This document shows positions 9,601-18,344 of a stretch of 64,000 nt of DNA, piece by piece (position 1 is the first letter of the stretch; every line of letters begins with the position of its first letter). Source of the DNA: Ostreococcus lucimarinus. Lineage: Eukaryota. Both the position numbers and the translations under genes were made by a program. The notes under the pieces were generated by a model. It ran no database searches. It saw only the letters and a program-made list of their open reading frames with translations, and had not been told where the DNA came from. Where the stretch lies: the NCBI GenBank assembly GCA_000092065.1, contig CP000583.1. One strand, 5' to 3'.

Positions 9601-10806
9601 GCGCTGCGTCTGCGTCACTTCTTCTTCCGCGGCGCCAAAAGTCTCTTCTTCCTTCTCGATCGTCTTCTTTTTCGGCACGCTGCTCGGGAACAAGAATTCG
9701 GCGCGAACTTCTGTGACTTGGGGCGAGTCTTCTTCTACGTCTGTCTCTGCGATTTCGTCATCCTCTTCGACTTCACCCACGTCTTGTGGCACCTCGATGT
9801 TGTCGTAGTCGTCTTCGGCGATGAAATCATCGACGACATCCTTCACCGCGGGCGCGATGGCGACTAAATCATCGTCCAGCAAACTCGGCGTGGGGTCGTA
9901 TTTGGGCTTGGGTTTCCTCTTTTGCCGCGGCTTCTTCACCTTCATCACCTGGTCGAATCCCGCCAAGTCACCCATGGGTTTGCGCTTCGAGCTCGGAAAC
10001 ATCATCGTAAGATCGAGCGCGGGTTCTTCGACGTGATCGCCCGCGCCCGGTGCGGCTTCCTCGACTTGATTCGCGCGCGCTCCTTCGTTCGCCTCCGCCG
10101 CGGTCGCCGTCGTCGTCGCGCCGCCCGCCGCCGTCGCCGTTCGCCGCTCGTCCTCGTCCTCGTCTTCGTCCGCCTCCTCCTCCTCTCGCACGAACCCCTC
10201 CACCAAGGCGTTGAAATCCATCGCATCGTCATCGTCCCCATCGACTAAATCATTCGCATTCTTCGTCGTCGTCTCGCCGTTCTTCTCGAAATCCACCACG
10301 ACGGTTTCCGTCTCCCTCGTCGCCGTCTCGCCGTCTCTCCCCTCCGTAGGCGCGCTCGCGAACAGCCGCTCCGCGATCTCCCTCGCGCGCACCACCGCGT
10401 CCATGGCGTCCTCGATCGTCATCCCTTCCGCGCCATCGTCGCTCCCTCGTCCCGTGAACGACGCCACCACCGCCTCGGCGTCGCCGTCTCGCGCGCCCCC
10501 GCGCGTCATCTCCTCCTTCACCCCTCGTTCGATCGCCGCGTCCGCGCGTCGTCGCGCCGCCTCGTGCGCCCGTATCGCCTCGTCCCGCGCCCGCTCGTAC
10601 GTCGCCCGCGCGTCGTCGCGCGCCGCGTCGTCGCCGCGCGCGTCCGCAGCCGTCGGACCCAAGAGAAATTCGAATCCGGCGGCGCGCGCGTGTCGCGCGA
10701 TCGCGATCGGCTCGAACGACGGCCCCTGGAGCCTGATGTACTTGCACACCAGCGCGATGTGCTTGGCGTGGTCCGCGCGCGCGGCGCTCGGCGAGCGCTC
10801 CGCCAT
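6670..10806 (-). CDS. Large (~1,378 aa) tandem-array zinc-finger protein. Its core is a run of C-x2-C-x12-H-x3-C (C2HC) fingers separated by Pro/Ser/Thr-rich linkers. The N-terminal region is acidic, and the C-terminal tail resembles a DEK-C/SAP-like helical DNA-binding domain.
   Basis: The unit ITCSYCRTFTGAPGAGFAAHERACKKKRESAQLPTSTSLPSSPPAPRTQPPPSSTPAKEP is repeated at least 10 times, with variant fingers (LTCSFCQVYKSMKGAGFAAHERACKKKRDMDAKM; LTCPHCQVYASAKGAGFAAHERVCKRK). The C-terminus …LLAQRVLHFIKTTLSVQDLTKSQLRTIVRKSMVKVMTVIPRKF… is DEK_C-like. I take the ATG at 10806 (MAERSPSAARADHAKHIALV…) as the start; upstream of it ORF 6670..11229 is Arg/Ser low complexity. Confidence 0.7.
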   Translation of the reverse strand: MAERSPSAARADHAKHIALVCKYIRLQGPSFEPIAIARHARAAGFEFLLGPTAADARGDDAARDDARATYERARDEAIRAHEAARRRADAAIERGVKEEMTRGGARDGDAEAVVASFTGRGSDDGAEGMTIEDAMDAVVRAREIAERLFASAPTEGRDGETATRETETVVVDFEKNGETTTKNANDLVDGDDDDAMDFNALVEGFVREEEEADEDEDEDERRTATAAGGATTTATAAEANEGARANQVEEAAPGAGDHVEEPALDLTMMFPSSKRKPMGDLAGFDQVMKVKKPRQKRKPKPKYDPTPSLLDDDLVAIAPAVKDVVDDFIAEDDYDNIEVPQDVGEVEEDDEIAETDVEEDSPQVTEVRAEFLFPSSVPKKKTIEKEEETFGAAEEEVTQTQRATNEETEAVAPTEDVAMTNEEDNEEVTQPEVEVKHASTDDETSIAHWNSESNSPGDAVDMPAPVPAPATSTHAALPGKVLEKIAPTTIPNDPACLSAEATLGKQTLTCSYCHTYEAVKSVGFYAHERACKKRLEKEKNTLTCPHCQVYASAKGAGFAAHERVCKRKHEQGTFSPVVVQPVQVTEKVLKRCVFCNVYEYEGFGGAGYAAHKRACQKKHEMDVKTITCSYCRTFTGAPGAGFAAHERACKKKRESAQLPTSTSLPSSPPAPRTQPPPSSTPAKEPITCSYCRTFTGAPGAGFAAHERACKKKRESAQLPTSTSLPSSPPAPRTQPPPSSTPAKEPITCSYCRTFTGAPGAGFAAHERACKKKRESAQLPTSTSLPSSPPAPRTQPPPSSTPAKEPITCSYCRTFTGAPGAGFAAHERACKKKRESAQLPTSTSLPSSPPAPRTQPPPSSTPAKEPITCSYCGTFTGAPGAGFAAHERACKKKRDMDAKMLTCSFCQVYKSMKGAGFAAHERACKKKRESAQLPTSTSLPSSPPAPRTQPPPSSTPAKEPITCSYCGTFTGAPGAGFAAHERACKKKRESAQLPTSTSLPSSPPAPRTQPPPSSTPAKEPITCSYCRTFTGAPGAGFAAHERACKKKRESAQLPTSTSLPSSPPAPRTQPPPSSTPAKEPITCSYCRTFTGAPGAGFAAHERACKKKRESAQLPTSTSLPSSPPAPRTQPPPSSTPAKEPITCSYCRTFTGAPGAGFAAHERACKKKRDMDAKMLTCSFCQVYKSMKGAGFAAHERACKKKCEGAQLPTSTLLPSSPPPPKPEMVESNPDPVVDSNVRAALLQKQSAPESGPDLASAVSPAECSKNTMPSKAKLPKVAADTLLAQRVLHFIKTTLSVQDLTKSQLRTIVRKSMVKVMTVIPRKFDQNTEQGTSAFLTDSRKQKINALLDQYVARLKAKANSKNSTPMTATPTTPTTPTV
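7190..9000. repeat. Near-perfect 180-bp tandem repeat array (at least 8 essentially identical units plus diverged flanking units), each unit coding one C2HC finger plus linker of the gene above.
   Basis: The anchor gcgcttcttcttgcacgcacgctcgtgcgcggcgaagccagc recurs at 7486, 7666, 7846, 8026, 8308, 8488, 8668 and 8848. Spacing is exactly 180 bp except one 282-bp step that spans a variant unit. This also explains the long antisense pseudo-ORFs 7133..8965, 7284..8045 and 8106..8867. Confidence 0.9.
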
Positions 10807-10847
10807 GACGACGCGATGTGACGCGGCGGCAGTGCGCGACGGTCCGG

Positions 10848-12398
10848 ATGGCGCGCGCGATGCGCGTCGCGACGACGCGCGCGCGAGAGACGCGCGCGAG
10901 GTGCGAGCGCGCGCCGAGCCGGCGCGCGCGCGCGCGCGCGGCGACGCGCGCGAGAAATCGCGCGACGCGCGACGACGGGGCGGATGACGTGTTCGGTGCC
11001 GAGGAGAGATTCGATGACGACGACGCGCGCGGGACGATCGGACGCGCCGTCGCGCGCGTCGCGGCGTGCGCGGTGACGCTGAACGCGCTCGGCGCGGACG
11101 CGGCGCTGATGGAGGGGACGGAGGTCGGTTGGACGAGGACGAGGACGACGGCGACGACGACGACGACGAACGACGCGCGCGACGACGACGCGTCGGCGCC
11201 GGAGGGGCGGTATAGGACGTACATCGCACCGGATGTCCCGCTCGGGGACGCCGCGGTGCGGTTGCCGATGCCAGCGCGCGAAGCCAAGAGAGACGGCGCG
11301 TACAAGACGGTGCAGGCGACGCAGCGGTTTACGGATGGCGAGCGCGAGACGGTGCGATTGTTTAATAACGCCAAGGCGAGCGTCGTGTACATCACCAATG
11401 TCGCCGTGCGCAGAGATGCGTTCACGTTGAATCTCACGGAACAGCCGCAAGGGGCGGGGAGCGGCATCGTCTGGGACGACAAGGGGCACATCGTCACCAA
11501 CTACCACGTCATCGACAAGGCGAATCAGTTGAAGGTGTCGTTTTTGCCGAATAAAGGCGGGGTGCAGAATCAGAAGACGTACGACGCCGCAATCGTTGGG
11601 TTCGACGACGATAAGGACATCGCCGTGCTGCAGGTGAACGACCCAGAGGCGCTGCGGGAGATGAAACCGCTCGTCATCGGAACGAGCGGAGACTCCATGG
11701 TGGGCCAGCGTGTCTTCGCGATCGGGAACCCGTTTGGGCTCGATCACACGCTCACAACCGGCATCATCAGCGGCCTCGGACGAGAGATTCAAAGCGGTAA
11801 CACCGGGCGCCCAATCGACGGCATCATTCAAACGGACGCGGCGATCAATCCCGGCAACTCGGGGGGCCCTTTGTTGAATTCGTCGGGACAGCTCATCGGC
11901 ATCAACACCGCGATTTATTCCGCGTCCGGGACGTCCAGCGGCGTGGGATTCGCCCTCCCGAGCGACATGGTGAGCGGTATCGTCGATCAAATCATTCGTT
12001 ACGGTCGCGTGACGCGTCCGATTCTCGGCGTCTCCTTCGCCCCCGACGGCGCGCTCGACCAGCTCGGCCTCGGCGGCGTGTTGGTGCTCGACGCTCGCGC
12101 GGGCGGTCCCGCCGCGCGCGCCGGCGTCCGCAGCACCACGCGCGACGAATCCGGCCGTCTCATCCTCGGCGACATCATCATCGAGCTCGCGGGCGAGCAA
12201 ATTCAAGACTCCAGCGATTTATACCGCACCCTCGACAAGCTCTCCGTCGGCGAAACCGTCGACGTGACGCTCTTGCGAGGCGTCGACAAAGTCTCCGCCC
12301 GCGTCACCCTCGACGACGTCAAGGACATGAAACCTCCGACCGCGTCCACGATCGTCATCCCGATGCGCACCAAGAAGTCTCCAAACTCGCCGTACTAG
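10848..12398 (+). CDS. Deg/HtrA-type trypsin-like serine protease with a C-terminal PDZ domain, probably organelle-targeted.
   Basis: The catalytic triad context is present: …HIVTNYHVI… (His), …DIAVLQV… (Asp), …GNSGGPLLNSSGQLIGINTAI… (Ser). A PDZ-like region follows (…LGVSFAP…GGVLVLDARAGGPAARAGV…). The listed ORF begins at a GTG at 10818; the first in-frame ATG is at 10848. Confidence 0.85.
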   Translation: MARAMRVATTRARETRARCERAPSRRARARAATRARNRATRDDGADDVFGAEERFDDDDARGTIGRAVARVAACAVTLNALGADAALMEGTEVGWTRTRTTATTTTTNDARDDDASAPEGRYRTYIAPDVPLGDAAVRLPMPAREAKRDGAYKTVQATQRFTDGERETVRLFNNAKASVVYITNVAVRRDAFTLNLTEQPQGAGSGIVWDDKGHIVTNYHVIDKANQLKVSFLPNKGGVQNQKTYDAAIVGFDDDKDIAVLQVNDPEALREMKPLVIGTSGDSMVGQRVFAIGNPFGLDHTLTTGIISGLGREIQSGNTGRPIDGIIQTDAAINPGNSGGPLLNSSGQLIGINTAIYSASGTSSGVGFALPSDMVSGIVDQIIRYGRVTRPILGVSFAPDGALDQLGLGGVLVLDARAGGPAARAGVRSTTRDESGRLILGDIIIELAGEQIQDSSDLYRTLDKLSVGETVDVTLLRGVDKVSARVTLDDVKDMKPPTASTIVIPMRTKKSPNSPY

Positions 12399-12458
12399 CG
12401 CGTCCTCGCCTCGCTGTAACTGTACCATTCTTTCCTTCGTCATTCGTCGGCGCGCGCG

Positions 12459-14474
12459 ATGCCCGACCGATGGCCTCCCGCGCTGGAGATCCCGCGCGCG
12501 CTCAATGACGACCCCGCGTTCCACGCCGCGGCGCCGGACGCGTACGTGTGCGCGCTCACGCGCGAGGTGATGAAGAATCCCGCCGTCGTCGGACGCACGG
12601 GACGGAGCTACGAGCGCGCGGCGATCGACGCGTGGATCGCGCGCCACGGGCGCGATCCCGTCGCGACGAGCGTCAAAGTGACGCGCGAGGACGCCGCGCC
12701 GAATCGCGCGGTGCGGGCGTCGATCGAGCGGTACGTCGCGCGCGAGACGGCGAGGCGCGCGCGAGGGGCGGCGACGGCGAACGAAGGCGCGAACGAAGAC
12801 GCGAACGAAGACGCGAACGAAGACGCGAACGAGACGGACGACGAGGAAGACGATGAGGAAGACGAGACGAGCGATGGGGAAGGAGAGGCGAAGGAATCGG
12901 GCGGGACGGCGGTGAACTGGCGCGCGAGAGTGGAGACGGCGACGCGCGAGACGGCGACGCGCGAGACGGCGGAGACGAGAAAGGTGCGCAGATATTTGTT
13001 TCCGCGGCGACGCGTCGACGTCGTGAGGGCTGAGTTTCTCGTGACGTCAGTGACGTATCCACAGCGCGCCGATGAGCCCGACGGGAAGTTTTTCAGGTTT
13101 AAAATGGAAGACTTGACGAAAATCGTCGGCGATTGGGCGGGCGAGGATTTGGAGGCGTACAAAAAGGGTGAGGTTAAAGACGGTCAAGGCGCGTCGTTCG
13201 TCGTGAGACGCACGGATAAGGATGGGAACGTTAAAGGTACGAAAACAGTGTGCGTCTGGGGTGGGCCGAAAGGACAAGGTGTTGGACGCTGGAACCCGGC
13301 GGTTCGCGCAAAGGCGGGCGACTGGGCTGTCGGCGATAAAGTCACTTTGATGAATTACAGCGAAGCGCTCGCGATGCCACCGCGGACGTTTCCACTATCT
13401 ATCAAAGAGTACAAAATACACTCACCCACGGGCTGGAACCTCCCCGCGAACGCTATCCGTTTCGGCCAAGCTGGTTTGATCGGGCACTGGTGGAAGACGC
13501 TCGACGTAGAGTTCGTGTTGGATGACTCAAACGTAGGTACGCGAGTGTACGGCGTTCACACCGATGCGCCGTATGAAACTCTCAAATTTGAAGTCCAAGC
13601 TCTTCGCTCTGACGGACGGTGGCACAAAGTTCGCTTAAGCTCGAAGAAAGTACCTTGGGGACGCACGTTTAAGCGTCCGGTTGATGACGCTACGTCCATT
13701 CGCGTGACGTGGCCAGATACTGATTTGCACAAGTTACCTCTCAGTGCTCACCGTAGTGGCGAAGGTTTACACGCCAACATCGTCGGTTCTACGACTGATA
13801 TCGACATATTATCCGTGGTTCACCCCACGGCAGGGGCTGACGGTAAATATTTCCGCTTCGACCCCGCAGCCATGGCGGCGGCGCGCGGCGGTGCGCGTGA
13901 CTGGGAAGGGACGTATACTTGCTATGTGCTTCGCACTGGCGTCCGAGATAAAGTGACGTTCAAACATGGACCGCTCGGCAAATCTGCCTCGAAGACTTTA
14001 TATCGACACGTCGAGTCCGACGATGAAGATACGAAGCCAAAAAAGTCCTTTTTAGCTACCGTCGCGGGCAAAGGGCGCAAGTTTATTCGCTTCGGCAAGT
14101 CACGCAGCGAAATAGAGGCGGGAGAGAACGACGACGTCTCCGAAGATGATGACGCGGAGACTGGCGAAGAAGTTGTCGCCGACGACGCTGACACGAATGA
14201 AGACGTTGAGAAAGAAGAGCATGAACTCGTGCAAGCACTCGGTATTGGATGCTATTCCACCGGCGCTCGCCCGGGAGACTGGCGCGTCGGCGACGTCATC
14301 TTGCTCAAGCGCTACGTCCTTCAGCCCGGCGTCGTGGAGCCCTCGCGACCAGCCGCATCAACACGCAAAGATGGATACGAAGAGGCGTCAAAAACAGACG
14401 AGTGGTTCCGGGTCTACCACCCGGACCCGATCGAACCCAATCAAGTCGACGAAGTCGTCATTCCCGACACCTAG
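12459..14474 (+). CDS. U-box domain protein (putative E3 ubiquitin ligase) with an acidic linker and a C-terminal region of repeated, unassigned ~100-aa modules.
   Basis: The N-terminal U-box reads AYVCALTREVMKNPAVVGRTGRSYERAAIDAWIARHGRDPVATSVKV…PNRAVRASIERYV. Repeated motifs follow (…KFFRFKMEDL…GDWAVGDKVTL…, …KYFRFDPAAM…, …GDWRVGDVILL…). Codon usage is typical of the other genes. Confidence 0.7.
   Translation: MPDRWPPALEIPRALNDDPAFHAAAPDAYVCALTREVMKNPAVVGRTGRSYERAAIDAWIARHGRDPVATSVKVTREDAAPNRAVRASIERYVARETARRARGAATANEGANEDANEDANEDANETDDEEDDEEDETSDGEGEAKESGGTAVNWRARVETATRETATRETAETRKVRRYLFPRRRVDVVRAEFLVTSVTYPQRADEPDGKFFRFKMEDLTKIVGDWAGEDLEAYKKGEVKDGQGASFVVRRTDKDGNVKGTKTVCVWGGPKGQGVGRWNPAVRAKAGDWAVGDKVTLMNYSEALAMPPRTFPLSIKEYKIHSPTGWNLPANAIRFGQAGLIGHWWKTLDVEFVLDDSNVGTRVYGVHTDAPYETLKFEVQALRSDGRWHKVRLSSKKVPWGRTFKRPVDDATSIRVTWPDTDLHKLPLSAHRSGEGLHANIVGSTTDIDILSVVHPTAGADGKYFRFDPAAMAAARGGARDWEGTYTCYVLRTGVRDKVTFKHGPLGKSASKTLYRHVESDDEDTKPKKSFLATVAGKGRKFIRFGKSRSEIEAGENDDVSEDDDAETGEEVVADDADTNEDVEKEEHELVQALGIGCYSTGARPGDWRVGDVILLKRYVLQPGVVEPSRPAASTRKDGYEEASKTDEWFRVYHPDPIEPNQVDEVVIPDT
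12789..12833 (+). repeat. 12-bp coding microsatellite (GCGAACGAAGAC)x3.7, encoding (ANED)n, inside the U-box gene.
   Basis: The repeat is read directly from the sequence. Confidence 0.9.
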
Positions 14475-14516
14475 ACAAAAATGCGAGCAGTTAACAATAG
14501 AATCAAAATTTTCCTA

Positions 14517-15920
14517 CTAAGCCTTGCCTTCAAAACGCGGCAAGGCGCCACTTAAGAATACCTTCCCCGTGATGCCGAGCGTTCCCGCCATGAAGAACGC
14601 GACGTCTCGAAACAAGCTCACCGGACCCGCTCCCGTTTCCAACGCGCCGATGAATCGGCTACTTTGCATGATCGCCGCCGTGGGCGGTTTCCTAATGCCC
14701 TCATACGCACGGAGTGCCTGTTTCACCGTGTCATATTCAGCGCCAACTTTCGATAGTTCGCTTGCGATACAAAGTGCGTCTTGCATGGCTTGATTCGCGC
14801 CTTGCCCGAGGAAAGGAGGCATAGCGTGGCATGCGTCGCCGACGAGGCTAATCGTTCCGGCGTCATCGCTCCACGAATCCAATACGTCGTGGTAATGCAC
14901 ACCGACGTCAAAGAATCGATCGCATGCCTCGGCTACGTCAATAGCACTTTGGGGCATACCCTTTTCACGCATCAAAGCCACGGCTTCTTCCTTTGCTGCG
15001 GCTTTTGCGCGCCACGCCGTGTTTTCGTCGCGCTTGGTTTTGTCTTGGACGCACAGCGCGATGTTGTGCTGCTTGTTCTGCGCCCCTTCGCCGCCGCCTG
15101 TGAACACGAGCATGTACGCGCCGTCTGCGAACCATTGATGGGCGATGTTCATTTCACTCGCCGCTCGTGCGGTCGAGCCCGCAGGTGTGCATCCGAAAAC
15201 GATGCGAATACCGCTGTACTTTGGCGGCGATTCGCCGCCATCCACCGCCTCGCGCGCACGACTATCGATGCCATCCGCGCCGATGACTAAATCAAACACC
15301 TCTCGATCGCCATTCTCAAACTCGATCTCTGCATTGCTTCCGCGCGATCGCACTGCTTTCACCCCGCGATCAAACATCAAACACTCGCTCGGCAGCGCGT
15401 CCGCCATCGCGCGTTGCAAATCTGCCCGCTGCACCGTCCCCGCCAACACCCTCCCACTTTCGCTCACCAACGCCTCGCATCCGTCGTCGTCGCCGCGTAT
15501 CATATCGTGTACTCTCACCTCAAACAATCCGAATCCTCCATTCGCTCGTCGCGCTTTGACACCGAGCAAATCATTCGCCAACGCGTCGTAGGTCGCCTCG
15601 AGCCCGAGCTCGCAGAGCACTCTCGCGCCGCCATTCAAATTGAACCCTCCGCCGACGTTCGGCTTGATCGCCTCCGTTCTTTCGAACACGCGCACTCCAT
15701 CGATGCCTTTCGCGCGAAGCGCCAGCGCGGTGGCTAACCCGCTCGGCCCACCGCCGATGACGGCGACTTTCTTGTCGCTCCAAAAGCTCGAGCCGTCGGG
15801 TCGAGGCGGAAGAGCGAAGCGTTTTACGAGCGCACGGCGCGCGTTCGAAGTCGCGCGCGACGGCGAGAACGAGAACGCGCGTTTGCACGACGTCGACGCG
15901 CACGCGCGCTCGGCGAACAT
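14517..15920 (-). CDS. FAD-dependent aromatic-ring/zeaxanthin-epoxidase-like monooxygenase (UbiH/ZEP/salicylate-hydroxylase class), with an N-terminal targeting-like extension.
   Basis: The product carries a GxGxxG dinucleotide fold (VAVIGGGPSGLATALAL), a DG motif (DLVIGADGIDSRAR) and a GD motif (LVGDACHAMPPFLGQGANQAMQDA). Confidence 0.8.
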   Translation of the reverse strand: MFAERACASTSCKRAFSFSPSRATSNARRALVKRFALPPRPDGSSFWSDKKVAVIGGGPSGLATALALRAKGIDGVRVFERTEAIKPNVGGGFNLNGGARVLCELGLEATYDALANDLLGVKARRANGGFGLFEVRVHDMIRGDDDGCEALVSESGRVLAGTVQRADLQRAMADALPSECLMFDRGVKAVRSRGSNAEIEFENGDREVFDLVIGADGIDSRAREAVDGGESPPKYSGIRIVFGCTPAGSTARAASEMNIAHQWFADGAYMLVFTGGGEGAQNKQHNIALCVQDKTKRDENTAWRAKAAAKEEAVALMREKGMPQSAIDVAEACDRFFDVGVHYHDVLDSWSDDAGTISLVGDACHAMPPFLGQGANQAMQDALCIASELSKVGAEYDTVKQALRAYEGIRKPPTAAIMQSSRFIGALETGAGPVSLFRDVAFFMAGTLGITGKVFLSGALPRFEGKA

Positions 15921-16031
15921 CGCGCGGACGTGTGACGAGTTTTAACGAGAGATGTGACTTTCGTTGCAACGGGACGCCTTCGCGGCGAGGCTCGGCAATA
16001 ATTTTATAATGTACTGTGGCGCCACATCGGC

Positions 16032-17057
16032 TCAATCGTGGTGCGCTTTGGCGCCATTTGGTTCGTCTTCATCGTCGCTCCTCACGTCCTCCGCGTTTCC
16101 GGTCGCTAGCACCTTGTGCACGACGTTGACGATGAGTTTAAACCAATACACCTGCAAGCCGAGAATGACGTAGAGCAACGCGACGCACAGCCAGTACGGG
16201 ATCGATGGGCTAAAATACCGCCTCGCCTCGAAGTGCACGGAGTACACCACGTACGGATACATCACCAGTCGCATGACGAAAAATATGACGAGAAAAATAC
16301 CGAACAACACGTCGGCGGCGAGTTGATATTTCTTATCCCCGCGCGCGTCCCCGACGTACTTCGCGCACTTCGCCGCGTGCAACGGTACGTCCGCCGGGTC
16401 CAGCACGAGCATGATCACCGCCCCCACGCGCGTCCAACCGACGATGTACGACACCCAAATCACTCCGATCGTCGCAAAATGATGCAATTGCATCTCCCAA
16501 AAATCTTTCCGCTTATGTTCGAGAAACACGTTGGCCGCCCCCGCGACGTATCGCGCCCCGTACGCCAGATAGTACGCCCGCAGCGCGCTCTCCGTCGCCC
16601 GCGTCTTCACCGGTGCCCCGATCCACCACTCGCTCGACGGCCAGAACCATCGCTGTCCAGGCACTATCGCGCACCCGATGATCGTGAACGTCCCGTACGT
16701 CGCCATCTCGAGCGCGCTCTGCGCGAACTTTTCCATCTTTCGTCGTCGCGCCTTGCGCGCGCCGCCGACGCCGCGCGCGCCGTAACCCATCAGTCGTCCC
16801 GCTAGCGGTTCGACGACGGCGCGCCGTAACAACCAGTTGAACGCGAACATGATTATCGCGTAGATGAGCGTCACGCGCGCGTCCAGCGCGGCGTCGGGCG
16901 CGCGCACGCGCGACGCGACGGCGCGTGGCGTCGCGTGTTCACCGGCGCGCAATTTAAATCCGAATTGCGCCGCCAGCGCGCCGACGTCGTCGCTCACGAC
17001 GCGCGCGGCGTGGCGCCACGTCGAGGATGACGTCGCCGACGCGCGCGAGGCGAACAT
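16032..17057 (-). CDS. TLC-domain ceramide synthase (LAG1/longevity-assurance homologue).
   Basis: The Lag1p motif …QLHHFATIGVIWVSYIVGWTRVGAVIMLVLDPADVPLHAAKCAKY… is present in a multi-TM protein with an acidic C-terminus. The start is set at the ATG at 17057 (MFASRAS…), since the upstream part of ORF 16032..17525 is Arg-rich low complexity. Confidence 0.75.
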   Translation of the reverse strand: MFASRASATSSSTWRHAARVVSDDVGALAAQFGFKLRAGEHATPRAVASRVRAPDAALDARVTLIYAIIMFAFNWLLRRAVVEPLAGRLMGYGARGVGGARKARRRKMEKFAQSALEMATYGTFTIIGCAIVPGQRWFWPSSEWWIGAPVKTRATESALRAYYLAYGARYVAGAANVFLEHKRKDFWEMQLHHFATIGVIWVSYIVGWTRVGAVIMLVLDPADVPLHAAKCAKYVGDARGDKKYQLAADVLFGIFLVIFFVMRLVMYPYVVYSVHFEARRYFSPSIPYWLCVALLYVILGLQVYWFKLIVNVVHKVLATGNAEDVRSDDEDEPNGAKAHHD

Positions 17058-17177
17058 CGCGGCGACCGCGCGAGCGCGCGAGCGGTGCGAGGCGCTGAGT
17101 GCGGGACGACGGGATAACGCCTCACTTTCGCGCGCGCGTTCGAGCGCACGGTCGTCTCGCGCGCGCGTCTCGCGCCG

Positions 17178-18191
17178 ATGTCGTTCGCGGATGAGCTGCG
17201 CGCCACGGCGCTCGCGCTGAGCGCGCCGGGCAAGGGAATCCTGGCCGCGGACGAGAGCACGGGGACGATCGGAAAGCGGCTCGCGTCGATCGGTGTCGAA
17301 AACGCGATTGAAAATCGAGTCGCGCTGCGCGAATTGCTCTTCAGCGCGCCGGGGTTCGAGAAGTACGTCAGTGGAGTGATACTGTTCGATGAAACGCTGC
17401 GATCGACGGGGAAGAGCGGGACGTCGTTCGCGGAGATGCTGCGATCGAGAGGCGTGACGCCGGGCATCAAAGTCGACGCGGGGACGCGAGCGCTCGACGC
17501 GTCGCCGAACGAAACCTTCACGCAAGGCTTAGATGGGTTGGCGGAACGCTGCGAAGAATATTACGCCATGGGCGCGCGATTTGCGAAGTGGCGCGCGGTG
17601 CTGACGATTGATGAGGCGAAAGGATTGCCGAGCGCGTTGGCGTTGGCGGAGAACGCGAACGCGTTGGCGAGGTACGCGAGCGCGTGTCAATCGCGAGGTT
17701 TGGTGCCGATCGTTGAACCCGAAATTTTGATGGACGGCGCGCACGGTATCGAAGTCTGCGGGGCGGTGACGCGCAGGGTGCTGGACGCGGTGTTTTCGGC
17801 GCTGCGTTTGCACGGCGTGCAGTTGGACGGGATGATTTTGAAGCCAAACATGGTGACGCCGGGGGCGAGCGCGAAGACGAGCGCGAACGTCGACGCCGAA
17901 GTCGCGCGAGCGACCGTCGCGGCGCTGTGTGACACCGTTCCGCCGTCAGTGCCGGGTATTTTGTTCTTATCGGGCGGACAGAGCGAAGAAGAGGCGACCG
18001 AGCGTTTGCGATTGATGAACACGACGCAAAAAGCCGATCGAGCGCCGTGGACGCTCTCCTTCTCCTACGGCCGCGCGCTTCAAGCCAGCTGCTTGAAGGC
18101 GTGGGGTGGTAAGTCCGAAAACGTGAGCGCCGCCCAAGCGGCGTTCTTAGACCGATGCAAATCAAACTCCGAAGCGTCGATCCGTCGCTAG
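17178..18191 (+). CDS. FBA: Fructose-1,6-bisphosphate aldolase, class I. There is no transit peptide, so it is probably cytosolic.
   Basis: The full-length 337 aa product has strong class-I blocks (…[18 protein letters not shown]…, …ILFDETL…, …[12 protein letters not shown]…, …LKPNMVTPG…). Confidence 0.95.
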   Translation: MSFADELRATALALSAPGKGILAADESTGTIGKRLASIGVENAIENRVALRELLFSAPGFEKYVSGVILFDETLRSTGKSGTSFAEMLRSRGVTPGIKVDAGTRALDASPNETFTQGLDGLAERCEEYYAMGARFAKWRAVLTIDEAKGLPSALALAENANALARYASACQSRGLVPIVEPEILMDGAHGIEVCGAVTRRVLDAVFSALRLHGVQLDGMILKPNMVTPGASAKTSANVDAEVARATVAALCDTVPPSVPGILFLSGGQSEEEATERLRLMNTTQKADRAPWTLSFSYGRALQASCLKAWGGKSENVSAAQAAFLDRCKSNSEASIRR

Positions 18192-18344
18192 AAAACTACG
18201 ATGTAATGGAACTCGTGATCCATCCCGACGCTCGAGCGCCGATCTCGCCGTCGAACTTGGCACCTCACTCCGCGCCCCCCTTCGTCGCGCGTCGCCGCGC
18301 GACGCCCTCGCGGCGCGCGTGCGCGAAGAAGACGATCAACAGAC

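Noticed and set aside
10807-11229. N-terminal 141 codons of ORF 6670..11229 (MRCTSYTAPPAPTRRRRARRSSSSSS…) as part of the zinc-finger protein.
   Set aside because: It is Ser/Arg/Pro low complexity and overlaps the Deg protease gene on the opposite strand. The first Met followed by structured sequence is at 10806.
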